Assembly (NCBI GenBank): GCA_964565715.1
Contig: CAZMGG010000003.1
Location: 64,368-107,595 of the forward strand
Length of the DNA: 43,228 bases
Direction: 5' to 3'
From: an uncultured candidatus Brocadiaceae bacterium
Lineage (GTDB): Bacteria > Planctomycetota > UBA1135 > UBA2386
Part shown: in pieces, positions 1 to 9,028 of the stretch
Layout: each line of letters opens with the position of its first letter
Position numbering within the stretch: position 1 is the first letter of the stretch
The notes under the pieces: generated by a model
Seen by the model: only the letters and a program-made list of their open reading frames with translations
Told to the model about the DNA's origin: nothing
The model's database searches: none
Position numbers and translations under genes: made by a program

Positions 1-53
<53 letters not shown>

Positions 54-427
54 TCGGATAATGGCCCTGGCCCTTTGTGCTCCTTGGGATCGTATCTCAT
101 GGCCTCTTGCGCTGCTCGCCCAATTCGTATTGGAGCACAGCGTCCGCAGTCGCTCAACTGGCCGGCCGCAAGTTTTCGAAGGTGCCGGCGCTACGAAGGG
201 GTCTTGAAAACTCCTGATCGCAATGACCAGCCAGGCGTCAAGATTCGAACCCGTTCTGTGCCTGGAGAGCCGAACTGCTCTGCCCCACTGTTCGTGCCCT
301 TGAAGGACGCGTCGAGGATGGGCCTCTTCGAGGCTGAGCCGCTACTCGGCGCACGGGGCACCCAGGATCGTGCGCCACATGCCGCCTACAATGCCGTTAC
401 AATGTCGGCGCGCGGACCCTTTCCGGA

Positions 428-1852
428 GTGTTTGTGAGTCGGCTTCCAGGCATCCTCCGAGGTCTCGACAATCAGCGGCACGGCGCATCGCGATCTGGGT
501 ATCTTGCTGGCAAGTCTCAAGTGGAACCCGCGGATCACTCCAATTCGACAGGTGGATCGCGCGTGCCTCGGACACTTGTTCTGCTCATCGTGCTTGCTGC
601 TACAGCGTTGTTTTTCATGATCCGGATCTGGTATTGGGGTGCGGTGCACGAAGTCCCGTTCTCCGACATGCAGGACTATGATACGATAGCGCATAATATT
701 GTTGAACGAAGGTTCTTTGGCGTCGACCCGTTTTGGGCATCCTATTGGCCTCCGGTAACTCCGACTTTGCGCGCATTGAGCCTGTGTCTTGCCGAGGCAA
801 CAGGCGGAGACAGCATGTTCTGCTGGCGGATTCAGGCCGCCGTGCTTTGCTACTGCGCATGCCTTTGGCTGTGCCGCGAGCTTTGGCATGTCACGCGCGA
901 CGCATTCCAATCTGTGGCGCTGCTCTTGATGGCGGCGTGCACGGCATCATCCATTTTCTGGAGTCTGAAGATTGCCACCGAGAACACGGCTGAGACTCTT
1001 CTCTATGTGTATCTCGCGTCGCTGCTGCGCGCTCATCGGACGCAGTCCGGGTTGACTTGGCTGGTAGTAGGTGGCATAACAGTCGCCGCAACGCTGAACC
1101 GCCCGGCTTGCGCGACTCTGATAGTTCCCGCAGTGGCCGTCGCCCTTGCCATTCGGAGAAGGGTCTCAATCTGGCGGACACTGGGTCCGCTACTGGCGGG
1201 GTTGCTCCTCGCATGGGCGCCATGGTGCATCCGCGGAGCCGTGCGTTACGGCGCGTTCCTCCCGCTTACTACCCAGGCACCTTACTCCTTTCTGTCCGAA
1301 CTCGGAGAGTTCTCAGTTGTTATTGACGGACATCAGGTCGGCACCAGCCTGACCAAGCTCCAGATCGATCATCGATCGGAGTTCGAGAATGACTACCAGT
1401 CGATGTGCGCAGCACGCATGATCGCATGGGCCTGGATCACGCAGAATCCTGGCGAATTCGCGTACAGAGCCGTATCGCGGGCTGCTTACTCGACGCTCCA
1501 GGACACCGTGGCGCTCACCAGGGTGCGTCGATCGCCCCTCGCAGAGAGTCCGGTTGCACGTTGGCTTCCGGATCGAGGCGTGGGTCAGCTGATCTTGGGC
1601 GCCATTGGGATGATATGGCTGGCGCGCAAGCATCGCATCCTGCTGCTATCTGGGATCTCCATTCTACTTCCGTGGAGTGCAAGCATCTGCTTTATTGGCG
1701 CCCCGCGTCTATTGGATCCGGCCATTCCACTGTTGCTGCATGCCGCCTGTTGCTTTGCGGTATCGACGATCAAGGGACTGATTGCGGGCAGGATTTCAAG
1801 TTCCAAACAGGACTCAAAGGTGATGACTCGCCATCGGCGTGAGCAGGGGTAG
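428..1852 (+). CDS. Polytopic integral membrane protein, putative GT-C fold glycosyltransferase (ArnT/PMT-like); the start may instead be the GTG near 562
   Basis: 474-aa ORF with about 10 or more hydrophobic helices and aromatic-rich loops. GC is ~56%, against ~72% in the rest of the window. There are no coding-like competing frames. Confidence 0.55.
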   Translation: MFVSRLPGILRGLDNQRHGASRSGYLAGKSQVEPADHSNSTGGSRVPRTLVLLIVLAATALFFMIRIWYWGAVHEVPFSDMQDYDTIAHNIVERRFFGVDPFWASYWPPVTPTLRALSLCLAEATGGDSMFCWRIQAAVLCYCACLWLCRELWHVTRDAFQSVALLLMAACTASSIFWSLKIATENTAETLLYVYLASLLRAHRTQSGLTWLVVGGITVAATLNRPACATLIVPAVAVALAIRRRVSIWRTLGPLLAGLLLAWAPWCIRGAVRYGAFLPLTTQAPYSFLSELGEFSVVIDGHQVGTSLTKLQIDHRSEFENDYQSMCAARMIAWAWITQNPGEFAYRAVSRAAYSTLQDTVALTRVRRSPLAESPVARWLPDRGVGQLILGAIGMIWLARKHRILLLSGISILLPWSASICFIGAPRLLDPAIPLLLHAACCFAVSTIKGLIAGRISSSKQDSKVMTRHRREQG

Positions 1853-1898
1853 AAGTGCCGCAAAGCACGGCCGTGTTGGGGATCGCGTTCTCCACCAC

Positions 1899-2960
1899 TC
1901 AGCTGCCGAGCTGGCGCAGCGCCGCCGTGGCGCGAGCTGCGAGCTGCTTGTCAGTACTGCCGCTGGCCCTGCGCAGGGCCGCCCTCACCTCGTCGGAACC
2001 CTCTCCCAACATGCCGAGCGCCGTGGCGGCCTCCCGGGCCACGGCCAGCTCGGCGTCGTCCAGCGCGTGCATCAGGGCACCGGCCGAGGCCGCACCCGCC
2101 TTGCCGAGCAGGCCGAGGCCGCGGGCCGCCTCCTGGCGGCGGCGCGGGTCCAGGTGGCGGAGCTGCGCGCCGTAGCCCAGCCGGGCGTCCGGATCGGTGG
2201 GATCGAGCACGGCCAGCGCCCGCGCCGCGGCCGCGCGGATGGCGTCGCTCTCGCTGCAGCTGCCGCTGGTGCTGGCCTGGCTGCCGTTCCAGTCCCAGTT
2301 GAGCTTGAAGTCGCTGGGATGGTCGCCGTTCACCGCCTCGCGCAACGCCTTCTGCGCCGCGCTGCGTTCGCCGGGCGTGGCCCCGTCGCGCAGCCGCCGG
2401 GCCAGGGCCTCGGCGGCGAAGGCCCGCGCGAACGGGCCGGCATTCTGCAGGTCCTCGACCAGCTTCGGGATCGGCTTCGTCGGATCGCACTGCAGCCGCG
2501 TCAGCGCCCGGAACAGGTCGTCACTGAGGAACGAGTGGTCCTCGGCGGCGGCGCCGACCGCCTTGGCGACGGTGGCGATGCGGTCCGGGTGCCACGGGAT
2601 GCAGTTGCCGATGGCCTGCAGCATGAGGCCGCGCAGCCCCTGGTGGTCCTTGCGCTTCAGGCAGTCCAGCACCGAGTCGATGGCCGGCGCCGCGTCGGGG
2701 CCGAGCGCGCACAGCACCTCGCAGGCGGCCTGCCGGGCGGCGAGCGCCTCGCCCTCGGCGCCGACCTGTTCGTCGGCGAGCAGCCCGGCGAGGGCCTCGG
2801 CCGCCGGCGCGCCGAGCCGCAGCAGGGCCACGCTGGCGGCGGTGCGCTCGTTGGGATCGAGCAGCCGGCGCGCCAGTGCGGCGGGAGTGGGCGGTGCTGG
2901 CGTCTGCGCCGCGGCGAGGCCGGCGAGCGCGAGCGCGAGCATGGCCGCCCTGGCGTTCAT
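1899..2960 (-). CDS. Secreted HEAT-repeat (PBS-lyase-like) protein
   Basis: Internal ATG gives MNARAAMLALALAGLAAAQ, a signal peptide, followed by repeated A/L-rich HEAT-like helices. Its start overlaps the stop of the upstream gene as ATGA, so the two are translationally coupled. Confidence 0.7.
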   Translation of the reverse strand: MNARAAMLALALAGLAAAQTPAPPTPAALARRLLDPNERTAASVALLRLGAPAAEALAGLLADEQVGAEGEALAARQAACEVLCALGPDAAPAIDSVLDCLKRKDHQGLRGLMLQAIGNCIPWHPDRIATVAKAVGAAAEDHSFLSDDLFRALTRLQCDPTKPIPKLVEDLQNAGPFARAFAAEALARRLRDGATPGERSAAQKALREAVNGDHPSDFKLNWDWNGSQASTSGSCSESDAIRAAAARALAVLDPTDPDARLGYGAQLRHLDPRRRQEAARGLGLLGKAGAASAGALMHALDDAELAVAREAATALGMLGEGSDEVRAALRRASGSTDKQLAARATAALRQLGS

Positions 2961-4159
2961 GGCAGCACCACCGTCATCCGCACCTCCATGCTGGCGAGCT
3001 TGGCCGCGGCCGGCTCGCCATCCTCGAGATGCACGAAGGGCTGCGCCAGGAACGGGCCGGTCGCCGGGTGGCCGGCGGCCTGCAGCGCCGCCTGCAGGGC
3101 CTGCTGCCCGTTGCGCACCTTGTCGGCGAAGTCGGTGCCCTCCGGATAGACCACCAGCACGTTGGCATCGGGCTGCGGGCGCACCTGCCAGTCCGCCGGC
3201 GGCGTGAACGGCGCGGCGCCCTGACGTGGGCGGAACGGGATCACCATCCGGTCGCGTCCGCCCTCGCGCAGGAACCCGCCGAAGCCGGCCAGCGACTGGC
3301 CGTTCTCCTTCAGCACCGCGGCGTGGCGCCGGTAGACCGCCGCGCGCTCGGCCCACGAACCCGGGTCGTCGACCACGATCCACGAGGCGGCGCGGTTGCG
3401 GCCGGGCTGCGGCGTGCGCGAGCGAGCCTCGGGGCCCGTCGAGAGCACCGTCGGCGGCGGCGTGACGACGACCGGCGTCGCCACCGCGCCCGGGCGGGCG
3501 AAGAACGCCTCGTCCCAGCTCACGTCGAGGCTGCGGAAGGCCAGGGTGCAGCGGCCCAGCGGGGCCAGTTCGACCTGCTGCGGGATCCAGGTCGCCGAGG
3601 TGCGCAGGTGCTGGCGCAGATGCACGGCGGTGGCGCCCGACTGCAGGCGTTCGGGCAGCAGCGTGCCGGGCTGCAGGTGGATCTCCCAGGCCGTGCCGTC
3701 GCCCTGCCGCGCCAGCAGGCCGTCGGGCAGCCGTTCCACGGCCGTGCGCCGATAGAGCGGTCCCAGCGTCGCGGCATCGAGCAGCAGGCGCAGCGCGCGC
3801 AGCCGTTCGAGCGAGGTGGCGTCGACGGCCTGGGCCACCTCGCCGGCGAGGAGGAAGGCGTCGGCGCCGGTCAGGATCTGCGGCGGCGCCCCTTCCTGCT
3901 GCACGCGCAGGTGGTCGGGCAGCGCGGTGAACGCCTCCAGCCGGGCGCCGTCGGGCAGCGTCACCTCCACCGCCACCCGGTCCATGCCGAGCTGCAGCGG
4001 TCCGTGGCAGTGCTCGAGGATCGCCGCGGCGAGCTGGTCGGCGGTCATGCCGCCGGTATCGACCGCTGTGGGCGCGTCGGGTGGCGCCGGTCCGGGTTCG
4101 GGCCGCGGGTCGCCGCACGCCGTCAGCAGGACGAGCGCGGCGAGCGCCGTCCGCTTCAC
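2957..4159 (-). CDS. Hypothetical lipoprotein of about 400 aa
   Basis: GTG start gives VKRTALAALVLLTACGD, a lipobox with LTAC. A GTGA overlap joins it to the upstream HEAT gene and an ATGA overlap to the downstream one. Frame matches the long minus-strand ORF. Confidence 0.6.
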   Translation of the reverse strand: MKRTALAALVLLTACGDPRPEPGPAPPDAPTAVDTGGMTADQLAAAILEHCHGPLQLGMDRVAVEVTLPDGARLEAFTALPDHLRVQQEGAPPQILTGADAFLLAGEVAQAVDATSLERLRALRLLLDAATLGPLYRRTAVERLPDGLLARQGDGTAWEIHLQPGTLLPERLQSGATAVHLRQHLRTSATWIPQQVELAPLGRCTLAFRSLDVSWDEAFFARPGAVATPVVVTPPPTVLSTGPEARSRTPQPGRNRAASWIVVDDPGSWAERAAVYRRHAAVLKENGQSLAGFGGFLREGGRDRMVIPFRPRQGAAPFTPPADWQVRPQPDANVLVVYPEGTDFADKVRNGQQALQAALQAAGHPATGPFLAQPFVHLEDGEPAAAKLASMEVRMTVVLP

Positions 4160-5121
4160 GAGCCCTTGCGTTGGAACACCGCGCGCCACTCCGCAACGTC
4201 GTAGCCGCGATCGGTGCCGCCGGCCAGGGCCTCCAGGGCCTTCCGCGCCGCCAGCCGGACGTTGGCGTTGGTCTCGGCCGGCTCCAGCAGGGCGATCAGG
4301 GCCTCGTGCTGCTCCTGGGCGTTCATCCGGCCCAGCGCGATCGCCGCCATCCAGCGCACCCGCGGCGTGGGGTGCGTGGTGTAGCGCGCCGCCAGCGCGC
4401 CGTCGGTCGGCTCGCGGCCCAGGCCCAGGCCGCGCACCGCGCTGGCGACGATGCCGGGATCGACGTCGTGGAACGGCCGCCCCAGCAGGCTGCGCCAGAT
4501 GGCCAGGATCTCCGCCGCCACCGGGCTGCCCAGGCTGTTGGCCTCCTGGATGCGATAGAGGGCCCAGGCGGCCTGGATGCGCGACTCCGGGCGGAACGCC
4601 GCGTTCTCCATCACCGCCTGCAGCACGCCGGGCGGCGTGAGCGGGTTCTTCAGGATGGCGAGGCCGAGCACCGCGGCGTTGACCAGCTTCTCGTCGCCGG
4701 ACTGGGCGCCGGGCAGGATCGCATGCATGGCATCGGCCTTGCCGGAGTAGCCCAGCGCGCCGAGCGCGATGCGCTGGTGGGCCGGTTCGGCGGCGTCGGC
4801 GGCGGCGGTCACCAGGGCGTCGTAGTGTTCGATCGCCAGGTCCCGCAGGGTCTTCTCGATGGTCGCCGCCTGGCGGTCGGCCCGCAGCACCCCCTGGTTG
4901 GCCACCGCGCGCACGTGGCTGTCGATGAGCTGGTCCATCTGCACCAGGGCCGCGGGCAGGGCGCGGCGCTTCTGGTCGGCGGCCTGCTGCTCGGCGGCGC
5001 GTTGCTCGAGAGTGGGGTCGGCCTCCCGGCGCACCGTCGGCGAGCCGGAACAGGCGCCCAGGGTGGCGAGGGCGAGGGGGAGCAGGGCGGTGATCCGGGG
5101 GGACGGGTTCCTGTTGGGCAT
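4156..5121 (-). CDS. HEAT-repeat lipoprotein
   Basis: N-terminus MPNRNPSPRITALLPLALATLGACSG carries a lipobox. The body is made of HEAT-like repeats, for example VRLAARKALEAL and PRVRWMAAIALGRM. Confidence 0.7.
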   Translation of the reverse strand: MPNRNPSPRITALLPLALATLGACSGSPTVRREADPTLEQRAAEQQAADQKRRALPAALVQMDQLIDSHVRAVANQGVLRADRQAATIEKTLRDLAIEHYDALVTAAADAAEPAHQRIALGALGYSGKADAMHAILPGAQSGDEKLVNAAVLGLAILKNPLTPPGVLQAVMENAAFRPESRIQAAWALYRIQEANSLGSPVAAEILAIWRSLLGRPFHDVDPGIVASAVRGLGLGREPTDGALAARYTTHPTPRVRWMAAIALGRMNAQEQHEALIALLEPAETNANVRLAARKALEALAGGTDRGYDVAEWRAVFQRKGS

Positions 5122-5239
5122 CGCGGGGGCCTCCGACGGCGGCGGCGGCGGGATCTTCCGGCGCCGAGGGAGGGCACATTAGGCCCCGGGGTCGCGCCGG
5201 TCTGCCGCGGGAGCCACAATCTCCCTTCGGAGGTGCATC

Positions 5240-7669
5240 GTGCGGAAGCTCGTCCCCCTGGCCTGCTTGTTGGTGGCGTTCCTGGCCTGGGCCTTCTGGC
5301 CCGGCGGTGGGCCGACCTTGCCGTCGCCGGAGCCCGCGGCGCCGGGGCCGGCCGCGGCGAGCGCCGCAGGCACTGCGGAGGCCGCGCCGGGCACCGTCGA
5401 TGGCGAACGCACGGCGCTCGCGCCGGCCACGGCCGAACGGCCGGTTGATCCCGGCGTCGCCGTTCCCGCGCGCGGCCAGTTGCTCGTGCACGTGCAGTGG
5501 AGTGACCAGACGCCGGCGGCGGACGTGCGGCTGGCGGCGTTCCGCGGCGAGGGCCAGCCGTACGGTGTGGCCGCCGTCGCGGTGAGCGATGCCGACGGCA
5601 CGGCGCGCCTGCCGGTGCCGCCGGGGACCTACCGGCTGCGTTCGGATCGTGGTGGCGACGTGAAGGTCACCGTGGAAGCGGGGCAGACCCAGGAAATGAC
5701 CTTCCCGATCCCCGCGGGCCTCGCGGTGACGGGCACCGTGCGTGACGAGGCCGGCGCGCCGGTGGCCGCGGCCTGGATCTGGCTCACCTCGCATCAGGGC
5801 GGGCCCGCCGGTGGTCGGATCGTCGGCCAGTGCGATGACCGGGGAGCCTTCGCGCTGCGCGACGTGCCGAAGGACCAGTCGCTCGGCGCGCTGGCCACGG
5901 GCTTCGCGCCGTCGGAACTGGTCGACCTGGAGGAATGCGATGTCACCCGACAGCCGGTGACGGTGGACCTCCGTCTCACCCGGCCCGGCGGTGGGCTCCA
6001 GGGCCTGGTCCTCGATCCACAGGGCCAGCCGGTCGCCGGCGCCACCATCGCCGTCGGCCGCAGCGACCGCTACGTGGACTATCGCAGCAACCACACCACG
6101 CGGGAGTTCTGGCAGCCGCGCACGGCGGAGACCGGCGCCGACGGGCGCTTCGCACTGGCGGGTCTCGAGCCCGGCAAGCATCCGGTGGAGGCGCTGGCCG
6201 AGGACTTCCCGATCTGGCGCGGCGAGGTGGAGATCACCGCGAATGCCACGGGCGAACTGGTCGTGCGGCTCCGCGCCGGGGTTGCGGTTTCGGGCACCGT
6301 GCGGGGCAGCGGTGGCGTGCCGCTGGCGGCAGCCGTCGTGCGCGCCTACCCGCAGAAGCTGCGCGAGGACTTCCTGCAGTTCGGGCAGTTCGACTTCGAC
6401 AGCGTGTTCGGTTGCGCGTTCGCGGTGAGCGACGCCGCCGGTCGCTACCGCGTGGAGCACATCGCGCCGGGGACGATCCACCTCTATGCGGCGCCGAAGA
6501 CCGAGCGCAGCGCGCGGGAGGAGGTGCGGATCTGGGACGCCACCGAATTGCAGGGCGAGGATGGCGGAGAGCTTGCCTGGGATCCGTTGATCGATGCTGG
6601 CGCCGTGCTGGAGGGTGTCGTGACGTATCGCAACGGCGCGCCGATGTCCGACGTGTTCGTCACCGCGGCGGCGGAGGATGGCGACGACGCCACCGGGTCG
6701 GGGCGGCACGTCATCACCACCGACAAGCAGGGGCGCTTCCGGCACGTGCGGCTGCAGCAGGTGCGCTACGACGTGTCGGTGCAGTACTGGTCGCCGCCCA
6801 AGGGCACGCCGCCGCTGGTGCGGCGCGGCGTGTTCCCGGGGCAGGGGGAGCTGCGGCTGGTGGCGCCGTTCGACAAGGCGGAGAAGACGCAAACGGCCAA
6901 GGTGCGCGGCCGGGTGCGCGACGCGGCGGGCCGGCTGGAACGGCCGGCGGCGTTGGCCGTGACGCTGAACACGTCGTGGGGGCAGTACCACGGCAAGCTC
7001 GACGGCGACGCGTTCCTGTTCGACCGGGTCGAGCCGGGTCGGTGCCACGTGGTGGTGCGGTCCAACGAGGCACCGATCCACATCGGCTCGTGGTTCGAGG
7101 TGGAGGCCGGCGCCGACATCGACGTCGGCACGCTGGTCACCGAGCCGGGCGGCGGCCTGCACGTGCGGGTGGTGCGCGGGGCGGGCACCGAGGGGCGCAA
7201 GTTCAGCCTGTCGGTGAACCACGAGGGCGGCGGCTACCGGTCGGAGTCGGTGGACGGCGCCGCGTCGGAACTGCGCATCGACAACCTGTGCGTCGGCACG
7301 CAGTTCCTGTCGGTCCATGGCGAGGGCATCGCCGCCGTGCGGAAGCAGGCCTGCACCGTGACGGCCGGCGTGATGACGCCGGTGACGGTGAGCCTGGTGG
7401 CGGCGGAGAGCCGGCCGATCGAGGTGCTTTTCCGGGCCGACCAGGAGATCCGTTCGCTGCGGATCCGCGACGCGGCCGGCGAGGAGGTGTGGTCGTTCGA
7501 GCCGGGCAGCTACGCCCTGCCGCGGCCCTATCGCGGCAAGGTCCGGTTGCCGGCGGGCACCTTCGTGCTGCGCGCCGAGACCTGGGCGGACGCGAGCCAG
7601 GAGGTGGCGTTCGCGATGGGACCGCCGGGCGGCGAGCCGCAGCCGGCGGTGCGCCTGGACCTGCGGTAG
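5240..7669 (+). CDS. Large secreted or membrane-anchored protein made of carboxypeptidase-regulatory-like (CarboxypepD_reg) beta-sandwich repeats
   Basis: GTG start with GGAGG 7 nt upstream. N-terminal hydrophobic anchor LVPLACLLVAFLAWAF. Recurrent G-x-V-x-D-x-x-G-x-P-(V/L)-x-G-A motifs, as in GTVRDEAGAPVAAAWI, GLVLDPQGQPVAGATIAV and GTVRGSGGVPLAAAVVRA. Confidence 0.7.
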   Translation: MRKLVPLACLLVAFLAWAFWPGGGPTLPSPEPAAPGPAAASAAGTAEAAPGTVDGERTALAPATAERPVDPGVAVPARGQLLVHVQWSDQTPAADVRLAAFRGEGQPYGVAAVAVSDADGTARLPVPPGTYRLRSDRGGDVKVTVEAGQTQEMTFPIPAGLAVTGTVRDEAGAPVAAAWIWLTSHQGGPAGGRIVGQCDDRGAFALRDVPKDQSLGALATGFAPSELVDLEECDVTRQPVTVDLRLTRPGGGLQGLVLDPQGQPVAGATIAVGRSDRYVDYRSNHTTREFWQPRTAETGADGRFALAGLEPGKHPVEALAEDFPIWRGEVEITANATGELVVRLRAGVAVSGTVRGSGGVPLAAAVVRAYPQKLREDFLQFGQFDFDSVFGCAFAVSDAAGRYRVEHIAPGTIHLYAAPKTERSAREEVRIWDATELQGEDGGELAWDPLIDAGAVLEGVVTYRNGAPMSDVFVTAAAEDGDDATGSGRHVITTDKQGRFRHVRLQQVRYDVSVQYWSPPKGTPPLVRRGVFPGQGELRLVAPFDKAEKTQTAKVRGRVRDAAGRLERPAALAVTLNTSWGQYHGKLDGDAFLFDRVEPGRCHVVVRSNEAPIHIGSWFEVEAGADIDVGTLVTEPGGGLHVRVVRGAGTEGRKFSLSVNHEGGGYRSESVDGAASELRIDNLCVGTQFLSVHGEGIAAVRKQACTVTAGVMTPVTVSLVAAESRPIEVLFRADQEIRSLRIRDAAGEEVWSFEPGSYALPRPYRGKVRLPAGTFVLRAETWADASQEVAFAMGPPGGEPQPAVRLDLR

Positions 7670-7678
7670 GCGCGTGCG

Positions 7679-7710
7679 GGTGGCAGATTCGGGTCAGAGT
7701 GCCTGCCACC
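7679..7710. terminator. Bidirectional terminator-like hairpin between convergent genes
   Basis: GGTGGCAG, then a 16-nt loop, then CTGCCACC: an 8-bp perfect stem. It spans the stop of the AAA+ ATPase gene and lies just 3' of the CarboxypepD_reg gene. Confidence 0.5.
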
Positions 7711-8890
7711 AGGGCACCGCCAGCACGCCATCGGCCAGCCAACGCGTCTCGGTGCCGCCGTGCAACAGCAGGCCAGCGCTGCAGCGATCGTCGTACTCGG
7801 CGCGGAATGCGAGCAGGCCCTGGCAGTCCGAGCGACCCGGCCTCGTCGTGGTCTTGACCTCGATCGGCAGGAGACGATTGCGCCACTCCACCACGAAGTC
7901 GACCTCCTCGCCTGCCGCGGTCCGCCAGTACATCACCGCGGGTGGTTGCGATGGCTCGAGGGCTGCCCAGGCCATCAGTTCCTGGCAGATCAGGTTCTCC
8001 AGGTGATGCCCGTCGGGCTGCGGATTGCCGGCGAGATGAAGGGCCAGGCCGACATCGGCCCAGAAGGCCTTCGGCGACTTGATCAGGCGCTTGGTCCGGT
8101 TCTGCGCGAAGGCCGGCAGGCGGACCAGCTGGTAGGAGGCCTCGAGCAGGTTGAGCCAGCGATGGACGGTCGGCTGGGGGATGCCGGCATCGCGACCCAG
8201 CTCGGTCTGGTTGAGGATCTGGCCGACCCGATGGCTGCAGGCCTGCATCAGTCGTCGGTAGTCGACGAGGGAGGACACACTGGCGATCTCCTGGAGGTCG
8301 CGCTCCAGGTAGGTGCGGGCGTAGCCGGCCAGCCAGAGCGAACGCTCCTCACCGGTGCGGAGGCGCGCGGCCGGCACCGGGTACCCGCCGCGACGGGTCG
8401 TGGCACGCCAATCACCGCGGCTGCCGCGGTCGCGCAGGCTGCCGATCCAGTCGGTCGGTCGACGCTCGAACAGGGTGCTCCAGCAACCGACGCGACCATG
8501 GCCCTGCAGCTCGGCGCGGGCCATCGGCCACAGGGTCAGGTACACCGCTCGACCCGCCAGACTCTCGCTGACCTGCCGCATCAGGAGCAGGTTGGCCGAC
8601 CCTGTCAGCAGGAATCGTCCGGGGGTCCGGTCGCGATCGACGGCGCGCTTGATGGCGCTCAACAGGTCGGGCGCCCGCTGGACCTCGTCCAGGGTCACCG
8701 GGCGTGGGTCGAGCAGCAGGCTGTCCGGATCGGTGCGGGCCTGCTCCAGGATCGAGTGGTCGTCGAGGGTGAGGTAGGTGCGGCGGGCGCCGCCGACCGC
8801 CTGGACCAGGGTGCTCTTGCCGGTCTGGCGGGCGCCGGTCACCACCACCACCGGGGCCGAGCGCAGCGCCCGAAGCAGGGGGAGCTGCAT
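7694..8890 (-). CDS. AAA+ ATPase of the DUF4143 / AAA_14 family; the start may be the MNGSL Met at 8914 or MQLPLL at 8890
   Basis: Walker A in VVVVTGARQTGKSTL. A C-terminal DUF4143-like region, EVDFVVEW..PIEVK, of the restriction-endonuclease-like fold typical of this family. Confidence 0.75.
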   Translation of the reverse strand: MQLPLLRALRSAPVVVVTGARQTGKSTLVQAVGGARRTYLTLDDHSILEQARTDPDSLLLDPRPVTLDEVQRAPDLLSAIKRAVDRDRTPGRFLLTGSANLLLMRQVSESLAGRAVYLTLWPMARAELQGHGRVGCWSTLFERRPTDWIGSLRDRGSRGDWRATTRRGGYPVPAARLRTGEERSLWLAGYARTYLERDLQEIASVSSLVDYRRLMQACSHRVGQILNQTELGRDAGIPQPTVHRWLNLLEASYQLVRLPAFAQNRTKRLIKSPKAFWADVGLALHLAGNPQPDGHHLENLICQELMAWAALEPSQPPAVMYWRTAAGEEVDFVVEWRNRLLPIEVKTTTRPGRSDCQGLLAFRAEYDDRCSAGLLLHGGTETRWLADGVLAVPWWQAL

Positions 8891-8906
8891 GGCCCTGGTG
8901 AGCGAT

Positions 8907-8947
8907 CCATTCATGCGATGAATGATAATCATTCACGGCGTGAATGG
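8907..8947. promoter_or_regulatory. AT-rich 41-bp palindromic operator-like site in the divergent intergenic region
   Basis: ccATTCAtgcgaTGAATgatAatcATTCAcggcgTGAATgg: two ATTCA-N5-TGAAT palindromes arranged symmetrically about a central A. It is the only AT-rich patch in this region. It also creates the MIIIH pseudo-ORF starts on both strands. Confidence 0.55.
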
Positions 8948-9028
8948 AATGCTCAAGTGGCCTTGTGCTCGCCCCTGTGCCGGCGAGGGCCCGTTGAGCA
9001 CGGGATCCGGTCCCGGCACCATGGCGGG

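Noticed and set aside
1839-4204. Long plus-strand ORFs (1839-3149, 2197-3207, 2876-4204) that look Arg/Ala/Gly-rich
   Set aside because: They lie antisense to the motif-bearing HEAT/lipoprotein genes. They have low-complexity RAGP composition, which is typical of shadow frames in GC-rich DNA.
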